Shown: positions 9,612-18,078 of the stretch, one piece after another
Position numbering within the stretch: position 1 is the stretch's first letter
Layout: the number at the start of each line of letters is the position of its first letter
Assembly (NCBI GenBank): GCA_031388175.1
Contig: JANNEA010000177.1
Location: forward strand, 9,076-73,075
Direction: 5' to 3'
DNA: 64,000 nucleotides
Source of the DNA: Gammaproteobacteria bacterium
GTDB lineage: Bacteria; Pseudomonadota; Gammaproteobacteria; Natronospirales; JANNEA01
Position numbers and translations under genes: made by a program
Notes under the pieces: model-generated
Told to the model about the DNA's origin: nothing
What the model saw: the letters and a program-made list of their open reading frames with translations, nothing else
The model's database searches: none

Positions 9612-10268
9612 TCAGTGCCGGTTGGCGGGCGCGAGGCGAGGGCCGCGAGCCTCCAGACCAGCGACGATGAAGGGCACCAGTTCTCGGGCGGCGCCCCTCA
9701 GATCGGGCGCCGCGGCGTCGCCTGCCAGCGGGCGCAGGTACACGCTGTCAGCCACCGCGTGGTTGACCGCGCCGATCATGAACTGAAGCCGCCATTCGAG
9801 CTCGGACGGGCCAAGATGCGGCAATGCATGGGTCAGTGCGGCACGGTAACGCTTGATCACGCCGGCGTACTCGCGCGCGAAGAGTTTGCGGAAGTGCTGC
9901 GCGGCTTCGGCATAGGTCTGCGCCAGCAGCCGCATGAACACCAGACCTTGCTTGGCGTCGTGAGCCGAGAAATCGACGATCGGCTCGACGAAGGCCTCGA
10001 CCACCTCGACGACTGTCGGTGGCTCAGCGCGGGTCTCCAGAACGTCGAGGTTGCGCAAGCGTGCGCGGTTCAATGGCCCGATGCGGCGCTCGTAGACCGC
10101 TTCGATCAGAGCGTCCTTCGATCCGAAGTGGTAGTTGACGGCGGCGAGGTTCACGCGCGCTTGACTGGTGATGGCGCGCAGCGAGGTCGTGGCGACGCCG
10201 CCCTCAGCGAACAACCGTTCGGCGGCGCTCAGGATGCGTTCGCGGGTCGACGAGAGCAGCGGTTTCAT
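9612..10268 (-). CDS. TetR-family transcriptional regulator
   Basis: N-terminal TetR HTH (RERILSAAERLFAEGGVATTSLRAITSQARVNLAAVNYHFGSKDAL). It is the first gene of the TetR-fadB-thioesterase string. Confidence 0.85.
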   Translation of the reverse strand: MKPLLSSTRERILSAAERLFAEGGVATTSLRAITSQARVNLAAVNYHFGSKDALIEAVYERRIGPLNRARLRNLDVLETRAEPPTVVEVVEAFVEPIVDFSAHDAKQGLVFMRLLAQTYAEAAQHFRKLFAREYAGVIKRYRAALTHALPHLGPSELEWRLQFMIGAVNHAVADSVYLRPLAGDAAAPDLRGAARELVPFIVAGLEARGPRLAPANRH

Positions 10269-10367
10269 CGCGGTTAGTGGTGCCTCATATAGATTTGGTC
10301 GTCGTCGCTGCGTTTAAAACAGTAGTTCGAATCGTAGCGGGGCGGTGCATCGCGCGGCAACCTGCCA

Positions 10368-11075
10368 TCAGCCGCTCACCGGCGCCGGGTTGCGGAACCG
10401 CATCCCGGGCGGCACCTTCAATAGACGCTGGCGCAACTCGCCCTCGACCAGAGCGAACTGGGCGCCGAGCGGGTCGCTGGTGTCGCCGCTGAGGGCGCGC
10501 TCCAGGATCGCGCGTAGTTTGCGCTGCTTGAGCTGGGCAGCCCGCTCGTAGACCGCGAACCAGTCGTTGCTCGCCTTGTCACCGTAGCGCAGGGCAGCGT
10601 ACTCGCGCAGCACGTGCAGGCGCCATTCGTTGGCGGCGATGTAGCGACGCGTCTCGCCGTCGGTCTGATGCAGTTCAGTGGATTGCGCCCGGACCCTGAC
10701 CTTCACTTCCTCGGGCAGGCGCAGGATCTCGGCGTTGAGCATCCGGCGATCGACGCTGGCCATCAGCTCCTCGCGCACTGCAGCGAGCGGCTGCGCCTTG
10801 CCGATGGTCTCGGCCTCGAGGCGATCGAGGTCGGCACGCACCGCCATCAGGGTCGGCTGATCGAGCAGCTCGAGCAGGGCTCCACGCAACAGACGTTCAG
10901 CGTCCGACAGCTGTCCGCCATCCATCCAGCGGCCCCAGGCATCGTCGACCGTGGCGTCGCTGATCGTGTAGGTGAGGCGGCGGCGTCGTGCGGCCCAGGC
11001 CAATGCCGCGGCGGCACCCACGGCGACCAAGCCGATGGCGATGACGAAGACGATGAGCAGGGATTCTAGTGACAT
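10368..11075 (-). CDS. Membrane-anchored protein of unknown function
   Basis: Single N-terminal TM helix (LLIVFVIAIGLVAVGAAAALAWAA) followed by a helical, charged region. No family recognised. ATG with GAGG 6 nt upstream, 6 nt after the EEP stop. Confidence 0.5.
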   Translation of the reverse strand: MSLESLLIVFVIAIGLVAVGAAAALAWAARRRRLTYTISDATVDDAWGRWMDGGQLSDAERLLRGALLELLDQPTLMAVRADLDRLEAETIGKAQPLAAVREELMASVDRRMLNAEILRLPEEVKVRVRAQSTELHQTDGETRRYIAANEWRLHVLREYAALRYGDKASNDWFAVYERAAQLKQRKLRAILERALSGDTSDPLGAQFALVEGELRQRLLKVPPGMRFRNPAPVSG

Positions 11076-11081
11076 GGAGCC

Positions 11082-11816
11082 TCAGCTGACCTGCAAGTCG
11101 CAGACCAGTGGTCGATGATCGGAGAGGCGCACATCGGGCACCTCGAAGCGCGTCACCTTCAACTCGCGCGACACCAGTACGTGATCGAGCGCCAGGCGGG
11201 GCTGCGGCGCCGGCCAGGATGCCGGCAGCGCGGCGTCAGCTGGTCGCAGTCCAGTTGCGTCGAGGAAGGGTTGCAGTTCGAGTGCAGCTTGTCGTGTGTT
11301 CAGGTCGCCGGCGATCACCACCGGTCGCTGGGCCGCGCTCACCAAGTCGGCGAGCTCGAGCAGTTGGCGACGGCGCAGCATCGGACGCAGGGCGAGATGA
11401 ACGACGAACAGCGACACTGCATCGAGCTCGGCCTCGATCACCAGCCGCTTCGTGCCGCGCGATAGTTCGTGGTAACGGACCGAGCGCAGCGGTGTACGCG
11501 ACAGCACCGCATTGCCTTGCGCTCGCAGCATGGGCATGCGTGCTGCAATCGATCCGGTCGGGTACTTGCAGCGGAACGCCTGGTGCTCAGTGCCGAGCGC
11601 CTCGGCCAGCGCGCCGACCTGCGAGTGCGGGGCACGTCGCGAGCCGCCGTCGATCTCGACCAAGGCGAGCAGGTCGGCGTCCAAGCCGTTGAGGTAGCGC
11701 TGGATCCGGCCGAGGTTGGTCGCAGCGTCGCGCAGGTAACCCGCACCAGGGAAGGGCATGTTGAAACGCAGGCCCGCGCCAGCCGCGTATCGCATGTTGT
11801 AGAGGACCAACCTCAT
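11082..11816 (-). CDS. Endonuclease/exonuclease/phosphatase (EEP) family protein
   Basis: EEP-type motifs (LALVEIDGG, IAGDLN, C-terminal LSDHRPLV). The track ORF extends to 11903, but ATG 11816 (MRLVLYNMRYA) avoids overlapping the MFS gene. Confidence 0.65.
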   Translation of the reverse strand: MRLVLYNMRYAAGAGLRFNMPFPGAGYLRDAATNLGRIQRYLNGLDADLLALVEIDGGSRRAPHSQVGALAEALGTEHQAFRCKYPTGSIAARMPMLRAQGNAVLSRTPLRSVRYHELSRGTKRLVIEAELDAVSLFVVHLALRPMLRRRQLLELADLVSAAQRPVVIAGDLNTRQAALELQPFLDATGLRPADAALPASWPAPQPRLALDHVLVSRELKVTRFEVPDVRLSDHRPLVCDLQVS

Positions 11817-11823
11817 GTGGCGA

Positions 11824-13026
11824 TTATGCGCCGGGCCGCAGCGCAGGCCGCAACAGCAACAGGGCGGCCAATGCAGCCGTGCCGGCACCAAACGCGAACG
11901 CAACGTCGGCGCCTGCGCGCACCCAGATCACACCGAACAAGACGCCGCCAGGGAGCGCGGCAAGCCCTGGCAGGGCGGCATAGGCCCCGAACGCCGTTCC
12001 GCGCCTGGTCTCCGGCGCGGCCTCGGCGATCAAGGCGCGCTCAGCCCCCTCACTGCAGGCCAGCGCCGCTGCATACGCGAGGAACGCAATCGGCATCAGC
12101 GCAGCGGTCGGCGGGGATGCAGCGCCGATCGCAAGCAGCGATGCACGCGCCAACCAGCCGCCGCCGATCACCTGCAGCCGACCCACGCGATCAGCCAACG
12201 CACCCGCCGGGAAAGCGACCAGCGTCTTGACCACATGCGCTGCGGCCCAGACCAACACGATCTCGCTCGGTGTGTAACCCGCGTCATACAACCAGACGAC
12301 CAGCAAAGCTTCGGGGAGGTTGCTGAGCGCGAGCAGGCTGGCGGCGATGACCAATGCCCGGCCATGGGCGTCGAGCTGGGCCCAGGTTGTCGTTGGCCCC
12401 GCGGCGGCCAGCGGCGGCGCTGCAGGCGTGAAGCCTCGGAAGAGGGCGAGGGTGAGCAGGGCGGGGCCGAACGACCAGAGGATGGTCGTGGTGATGGACG
12501 CCCCGCTCTGCAGCATCCCGTAGGCGATGACCGGCCCTAGCGCCGCACCGAGGTGGTCCATCGAGCGCTGGAACCCGAACGCCCGCCCGCGGTGCGCGCC
12601 AGGCGCCGCATGGGCAAGCAAGGCGTCGCGCGGCGCGGTGCGTATGCCTTTCCCGACCCGATCGAGCGTGCGCAGCACGACGACACCGGCAGCACCCGTC
12701 ACCATGCCGAGCAGAGGGCGCATCAGGTTGGAGAGTGCGTAACCCCCTACCATCAGCCTCAGGTGCTGGCCGTGCCGATCCGACCACTTGCCTACGGCCC
12801 ATCTCAGTCCCTGGCAGGCGGCTTCGGCGATGCCCTCCACGGCGCCCACCACGGCGGCGCTGGCGCCGAGCGGCCCGACAAGCAGCAAAGGGATCAACGG
12901 CGTCACCATCTCGCTGGCGGTGTCGTTGGCGAACGAGATCCACCCGAACCTCCGGACGGTAGGGTCGAGGGGAGGAGCAGCACTTGGCAGCTCCGTCCGG
13001 GGACTCATTCTGGTTGTAAGACGCAT
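11824..13026 (-). CDS. MFS transporter
   Basis: 400 aa, hydrophobic throughout. MFS motif-A-like loop (GKWSDRHGQHLR). The start could instead be ATG 13008. Confidence 0.7.
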   Translation of the reverse strand: MRLTTRMSPRTELPSAAPPLDPTVRRFGWISFANDTASEMVTPLIPLLLVGPLGASAAVVGAVEGIAEAACQGLRWAVGKWSDRHGQHLRLMVGGYALSNLMRPLLGMVTGAAGVVVLRTLDRVGKGIRTAPRDALLAHAAPGAHRGRAFGFQRSMDHLGAALGPVIAYGMLQSGASITTTILWSFGPALLTLALFRGFTPAAPPLAAAGPTTTWAQLDAHGRALVIAASLLALSNLPEALLVVWLYDAGYTPSEIVLVWAAAHVVKTLVAFPAGALADRVGRLQVIGGGWLARASLLAIGAASPPTAALMPIAFLAYAAALACSEGAERALIAEAAPETRRGTAFGAYAALPGLAALPGGVLFGVIWVRAGADVAFAFGAGTAALAALLLLRPALRPGA

Positions 13027-13088
13027 AATGTATATTATGTAATATACCAGGGCATCAGAGCCATTCTAGATAAACTCCCTATCTGTTT

Positions 13089-13109
13089 GATAGAAAAGAC
13101 TTTTCTATC
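13089..13109. promoter_or_regulatory. 21-nt perfect palindrome GATAGAAAAG-A-CTTTTCTATC inside an AT-rich intergenic island
   Basis: Read directly from the sequence. A third CTATC copy at 13079-13083 forms a second inverted pair with GATAG at 13089-13093. Located between the diguanylate cyclase stop (13123) and the MFS start (13026). Confidence 0.5.
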
Positions 13110-13122
13110 ACCACCACACGGT

Positions 13123-15024
13123 TCAGCGTCCCCGGCTCCGCTTTGCTCGATACATGGCCTCGTCGGCCGCTGCGAGCAGGTCTGCCACGCTGCGCCGATC
13201 GCTCACCTGGTGCACCACTGTGCCCAAGCTGAACCCCACACGCTCCGCCATCTCCAACGTCGACTGTGCCTCGTCCAGCGCCGCCCGCAGGCGCTGCTCG
13301 GTCTGGTTGGCCGCCTCAACGTCGGCCTCGGCGAGCAATGCCACGAACTCATCGCCGCCCAGCCGAGCCACCAAGTCTGAATCCCGGACCGTTGCTCGCA
13401 GCAGGTCCGCGACCCGCCGCAGCACTCTATCGCCGGCATCGTGTCCTAGGGTGTCGTTGACCGCCTTGAACCCATCCAGGTCCAGGAACAGCAAGGCGAA
13501 CGGCTCCTGATGCCGCATCGCGCGCTTCTGCAGCTCGTCAGCCAAAGTCATGAAGCCACGCCGGTTGTGCAACCCGGTCAGATCGTCGCACAGCGATAGA
13601 TCGCGCAGCACCTCGAGCAAGGCTTGGCGCTCGGTGATGTCGCGCACCACCAAGGTATGGGCCGGCCGGCCCGCGATGTCCCAAGCTGCGATCGAAACTT
13701 CGACTGCAAAGCTCTTGCCGTCACGCCTGCGCGCGACGAGTTCCACCGGTTTGCTGCCGCCATGACCGGCGCGCACCCGGGCCAGCGCATCATCCAGCGG
13801 CGGGATCGATTCGGCGGCGAACAAAAGCTCGAGCGGTCGGTTGGCAATCTCGTCCGCGCGTCGATCGAAGGCGCGTTCAGCCGCCGCATTGAAGAACGTG
13901 ATGCGACGCTGATCGCTGATGGTCACCAGCGGATCGAACGTGGTTGCTGCAAGGTTGCGGAACCGTATTTCGCTCTCGGCCAGTTCTGCGGTACGGTCGG
14001 CGACGCGCTGTTCGAGGCGGCTGGCATAGGCGGTTAGATCGGCCTGAGCGGCGCGCAGCGCGCGCATCATCCGATCGAGCGAGCTGCCGAGCAGGCCGAG
14101 CTCGTCACCACCGCGGGTCGCCAGTTCGGGGACGTGATCGTGCTCGCCACGACCGAACGCATCGACCGCTTGTGCCAACAACCGCAGCCGCACCGTCACC
14201 AGTCCGGCGAACAGATACGCCATCCACCCACCAACGACGATCAACAACGCAGCCGCCAACGCCAACGAATCACGCAAGGCGCGGGTCGGCGCGTAGGCTT
14301 CGGCAGCATCGAGCTGGACGATCAGACAGAGCTCGCGATCCTCCAGCCAACGCACGGCAGCGATGGTGCGCTCGCCACGTGAATCCGCGCCTTCGTGCAC
14401 CACGGACTCGCGCTGGACACAGGCCTGCAAGTCGCCGCCAACGAGTGCCACGAGCGCCCCGTAGCGTGGCGCGACCAGCACCTCACCATCGCGTGCCACG
14501 AGCAGTGCGTCGAAACTGCGCCGCACCCCGGAGCGCCGCGCCACAATCGTCGCCAAACCGGCAACGTCAGCTTCGCCACGCACTTCGCCGATGCGCCGGT
14601 TGGTGGCGTCGTATACCGGCGCTGTGAACGACAGGCGCTGCGAAGCGCCGGTCGACGCTGCGCCCAGCTCGAGCACGTCGTCGACGACCGTACCGTCAGG
14701 CCCGCGCTTCACCAACCGTAGCCTGGCGAAGCCGGTGCTGAGCTCGGCGCGGGCGAGTTCGAGGAAGCGCGAGCTGTTGCCCGCGAAAGCCTCCAGGGTT
14801 TCGGGTGCCACCGCCAGACCCGCCAACAACGACTCGCGCTCGTCGAGCCATGCACGGACCGCCGCTTCCTTCTCGATGCCGCTGCCGAGGACCTCGGCGA
14901 CGCTCGCGGTGCGAAGCGTGACCCGTGCGGTGTAGTAGCTCGCTGCCGCCATCGCCAGCGCGGCGATCGCGATGCCCACGGACAGCGCGAGCGCAAGCTT
15001 GGCGGTGATGCGCAGCCCGAGCAT
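13123..15024 (-). CDS. Sensor diguanylate cyclase (TM-periplasmic domain-TM-HAMP-PAS-GGDEF)
   Basis: Intact GGDEF (ARLGGDEFVAL) with an RxxD I-site five residues upstream (RDSD). PAS region (TFDPLVTISDQRRITFFNAAAERAF). Two TM helices flank a periplasmic domain of about 280 aa. The start is placed at ATG 15024 (MLGLRITAKLALAL), 4 nt after the upstream stop. The track ORF extension to 15246 overlaps the upstream gene. Confidence 0.85.
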   Translation of the reverse strand: MLGLRITAKLALALSVGIAIAALAMAAASYYTARVTLRTASVAEVLGSGIEKEAAVRAWLDERESLLAGLAVAPETLEAFAGNSSRFLELARAELSTGFARLRLVKRGPDGTVVDDVLELGAASTGASQRLSFTAPVYDATNRRIGEVRGEADVAGLATIVARRSGVRRSFDALLVARDGEVLVAPRYGALVALVGGDLQACVQRESVVHEGADSRGERTIAAVRWLEDRELCLIVQLDAAEAYAPTRALRDSLALAAALLIVVGGWMAYLFAGLVTVRLRLLAQAVDAFGRGEHDHVPELATRGGDELGLLGSSLDRMMRALRAAQADLTAYASRLEQRVADRTAELAESEIRFRNLAATTFDPLVTISDQRRITFFNAAAERAFDRRADEIANRPLELLFAAESIPPLDDALARVRAGHGGSKPVELVARRRDGKSFAVEVSIAAWDIAGRPAHTLVVRDITERQALLEVLRDLSLCDDLTGLHNRRGFMTLADELQKRAMRHQEPFALLFLDLDGFKAVNDTLGHDAGDRVLRRVADLLRATVRDSDLVARLGGDEFVALLAEADVEAANQTEQRLRAALDEAQSTLEMAERVGFSLGTVVHQVSDRRSVADLLAAADEAMYRAKRSRGR

Positions 15025-15028
15025 GGGG

Positions 15029-15916
15029 TCAGCGCGTCCGACCGCGCAGCGCGGCCAAGGTGAAGCCGAAGGCCGCGCCGAGGGCCAGCAGGCGCGGCAA
15101 CCAGATCTGGAGAAGGTCCAGCAAGCGAACCTGGTTGCGCGCCAGTTCGAGCAGCGCGACCCGATCGGCCTCGGCATAACGCCATTCCAGGGCGTGCGCA
15201 GGGCCCAGCACGCTGCGATCGCTGGCGAGCACGAACCGTGCCTCAAGCCGCATTGCGCGGTCCACCACCAGTCCGCTGCGCGGTTCGACCAGGGCCCAGC
15301 CCGTGCCGCCGATCACGACCCGATAGCGTTCAGGCACCAGCTGGAACGGCGCGTATGTCGGGCTGGCGTCGGCCTCCTCCACCGCGAGCGAATAGCGGTA
15401 GTACTCGATGCCGCCCTGGGTGGTGGCGAGTTCGAAGCGGGCATTGACCGGGCCGGGATGGAAAGCGTCCCAGATGCGCAGGCTGGCGCGCGGCGAATCC
15501 GGCGGGAATCCGAAGCTTCCGCTGCGTTCACGATCGCCGTAGCCGGGCAGGATCGTCCTCGTCTGGCGGTCGACGCCGAACAGATCGACGGTCTGCGCCA
15601 GCGGCGCGACCTCGGTGCCAGGCGAGATCCAAATCAGGCTGGTCTGGACCACGGCGAACTCGGCGTCGGCGACCACGGCGTGCTCAGTGCGGCGCAGGAT
15701 GAAGCGTTGGTGCCGCGGATCAGCGCCAGGCAGTTCATGCAGCGCTGAATCGACGGTCGCGTTGACCACCGAGCGGTGGCTGCTCCCGAGCGCCACCAAC
15801 CGTGGCGCAAGCACGAACGCGACCGTGGCAGACAGCACAGCGCAGCTGATGGCGAAGCCGAGCGGGATGCTCAGCCCGCGGCGTCGAGTCGTCGACGGTG
15901 CGGCGCGGTCTGCCAT
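15029..15916 (-). CDS. Two-TM periplasmic protein of unknown function, coupled to the diguanylate cyclase
   Basis: N-terminal TM (LGFAISCAVLSATVAFVLAP) and C-terminal TM (LLALGAAFGFTLAAL) around a soluble region of about 240 aa. From memory the topology resembles the DUF3068/PorA-like family. Preferred start is ATG 15916 with GAGG upstream. GTG 15961 is an alternative. Confidence 0.55.
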   Translation of the reverse strand: MADRAAPSTTRRRGLSIPLGFAISCAVLSATVAFVLAPRLVALGSSHRSVVNATVDSALHELPGADPRHQRFILRRTEHAVVADAEFAVVQTSLIWISPGTEVAPLAQTVDLFGVDRQTRTILPGYGDRERSGSFGFPPDSPRASLRIWDAFHPGPVNARFELATTQGGIEYYRYSLAVEEADASPTYAPFQLVPERYRVVIGGTGWALVEPRSGLVVDRAMRLEARFVLASDRSVLGPAHALEWRYAEADRVALLELARNQVRLLDLLQIWLPRLLALGAAFGFTLAALRGRTR

Positions 15917-16020
15917 CAGGGGCCTCGTGCCGCGCGCGGGGTGGGATGCTAGAGTGGCCACCGCGCGCCAGCGGCCGTCAACGCGGCGCCAGTATAGCCC
16001 TGCTGGAGCGCCGCATTCAT

Positions 16021-16410
16021 ATGGAACGCCGCAACTACCCTCGCCTGCACACGCGCTTTCCGGCGGAAGTCCTCGCTGGCGGCAAGCGCGCGATTGACCA
16101 CGCGCTCGCCACCGATGTCTCGATCACCGGATTGCAGTTGGTCTGCGATGCGCGCGTCGCGAACCGCGTCGTGGAGAAGGCGGAGAAAGGCAAGGTCAAG
16201 ACAGCGAAGGCGGTGTTGATCCGCGTCAACCTTCCCCTGCGCGACGGTTCTCATGTCCGGGTCGAGGTCCGCTGCAAGGTGCGCGCACTGCGCAAGGCCG
16301 AGGACGACTCGTACCGGGTCGGGCTCGAGTACGAGTACTTCGAAGGACAGAGCTATGCCGCACTCGAAGCGTTCATTGATGATTGGGTCGAGTTCCCAAC
16401 AGAGTCCTGA
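16021..16410 (+). CDS. Stand-alone PilZ-domain c-di-GMP receptor
   Basis: Canonical motifs RxxxR (RNYPR, residues 4-8) and DxSxxG (DVSITG, residues 32-37). The start is placed at ATG 16021 (MERRNYPRL) rather than the track start 15898. Confidence 0.8.
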   Translation: MERRNYPRLHTRFPAEVLAGGKRAIDHALATDVSITGLQLVCDARVANRVVEKAEKGKVKTAKAVLIRVNLPLRDGSHVRVEVRCKVRALRKAEDDSYRVGLEYEYFEGQSYAALEAFIDDWVEFPTES

Positions 16411-18043
16411 GCTGCCGCGCGCGCTGCTCGCCCTACTCCCCCTGCTCCCCTTGCTCCTGTTGCTCGCAGCGCCGGCCGCGCTGGCGGCGGCGCGCAGCAT
16501 CACCGCGGCACCGGTGCGCGCCGAGGGCGACGGCCCTTACTCGCAGCTGATCCTGCGCAACGTCACTGTGATCGACGGTACCGGCGCGCCGGCAAACGGC
16601 CCGATGGACGTGGTCATCGCCGGCAACCGTATCGTGCGCCTGGTGCCGCTCGGCGATCCGGTGTTCGCTGGCGGGTCCGAGCGACCGAAGCTCGCCGCCG
16701 GCGGCCGCGAGATCGACCTCGCCGGCCACTACCTGATGCCCGGCTTCGTCGACATGCACGGCCACCTCGGCGGTGTCGAGCAAGGCACGCCTGCGGAATA
16801 CGTGCTGAAGCTGTGGCTTGGCCACGGCATCACGCTGGTGCGCGATCCAGGCAGCGGCAACGGCCTCGACTTCATGCTCGACCACAAGCGCAAGAGCGCG
16901 CGCAACGAGATCACCGCACCGCGCCTCGTCGCCTATGTGTTCTTCGGCCAGGGCCGCGACGCACCGATCACCACCGCCGACGAGGCCCGCGCCTGGGTGC
17001 GCGAGGTGGCCAAGCGCGGCGCGGACGGCGTCAAGTTCTTCAGCGCGCCGCCGGTGGTGCTTGCCGCCGCGCTCGATGAATGCCGCAAGCTGGGCATAGG
17101 TTCGACGATGCATCACGCCCAGCTCTCGGTCGCGCGCGCCAACGTACTCGACACCGCGCGCTGGGGCCTGCAGGGCATGGAGCACTGGTACGGGCTGCCG
17201 GAGGCGCTGTTCGAGGGCCGCACCGTCCAGGACTACCCGCCCGACTACAACTACGCCGACGAGCAGGACCGCTTCGGCCAAGCCGGTCGGCTCTGGGCCC
17301 AAAGCGCAGCGCCGGGCTCGCCGCGCTGGAACGCGGTGCGCGACGAACTGATCGAGCGCAAGTTCAACCTCGATCCCACCTTCACCATCTACGAGGCGAG
17401 CCGCGACCTCATGGCGCAGCGGCGCGCGGAGTGGCACGACGAGTACACGCTGCCCTCGCTGTGGGATTTCTATGCGCCGAGTCGCCGCTCGCATGGATCG
17501 TACTGGTTCGCTTGGTCGACGGCTGACGAGATCGCCTGGCAGGACAACTTCCGGCGCTGGATGGCCTTCGTCGACGATTACAAGGACCACGGCGGGCGCG
17601 TCACGCTCGGCTCGGACTCCGGCTACATCTACAAGCTCTATGGCTTCGGCTACATCCGCGAGTTCGAGCTCATGCAGGAAGCGGGCTTCCACCCGCTCGA
17701 GGTCGTGCGCTCGGCGACACTGTGGGGCGCCGAAGCACTCGGCCGCGGCGCCGAACTCGGTTCGATCGAGCCCGGCAAGCTCGCCGACCTGGTGGTGGTC
17801 AACGCCAACCCGCTCGAGGACTTCAAGGTCCTGTACGGCACCGGCGCGATCCGCGTCAGCGCTGACGACAAGGTCACCCGAGTCGGCGGCGTGCGCTACA
17901 CGATTAAGGACGGCATCGTCTACGACGCGCGCCAGCTGCGCGAAGACGTGAAGCGCATCGTGCGCGAGGCCAAGGCCGCCAGCGGCCGACCGACGCTCGA
18001 CCAGCCCGGCAAGACCGCCCCAGCCCCGGCAGCCGCCCGCTGA
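16355..18043 (+). CDS. Secreted amidohydrolase-family metallohydrolase
   Basis: Signal-like N-terminus (LLALLPLLPLLLLLAAPAALAAA), HxH metal motif (GFVDMHGHLGG) and C-terminal GSIEPGKLADLVVVNANPLED typical of the amidohydrolase superfamily. Start at ATG 16355 (AAGGA 8 nt upstream) or ATG 16379. Both overlap the PilZ 3' end. Confidence 0.75.
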   Translation: MPHSKRSLMIGSSSQQSPELPRALLALLPLLPLLLLLAAPAALAAARSITAAPVRAEGDGPYSQLILRNVTVIDGTGAPANGPMDVVIAGNRIVRLVPLGDPVFAGGSERPKLAAGGREIDLAGHYLMPGFVDMHGHLGGVEQGTPAEYVLKLWLGHGITLVRDPGSGNGLDFMLDHKRKSARNEITAPRLVAYVFFGQGRDAPITTADEARAWVREVAKRGADGVKFFSAPPVVLAAALDECRKLGIGSTMHHAQLSVARANVLDTARWGLQGMEHWYGLPEALFEGRTVQDYPPDYNYADEQDRFGQAGRLWAQSAAPGSPRWNAVRDELIERKFNLDPTFTIYEASRDLMAQRRAEWHDEYTLPSLWDFYAPSRRSHGSYWFAWSTADEIAWQDNFRRWMAFVDDYKDHGGRVTLGSDSGYIYKLYGFGYIREFELMQEAGFHPLEVVRSATLWGAEALGRGAELGSIEPGKLADLVVVNANPLEDFKVLYGTGAIRVSADDKVTRVGGVRYTIKDGIVYDARQLREDVKRIVREAKAASGRPTLDQPGKTAPAPAAAR

Positions 18044-18078
18044 ACCTTCCACTCCTTCGCTCCGCAGAGGTCCCTCCC

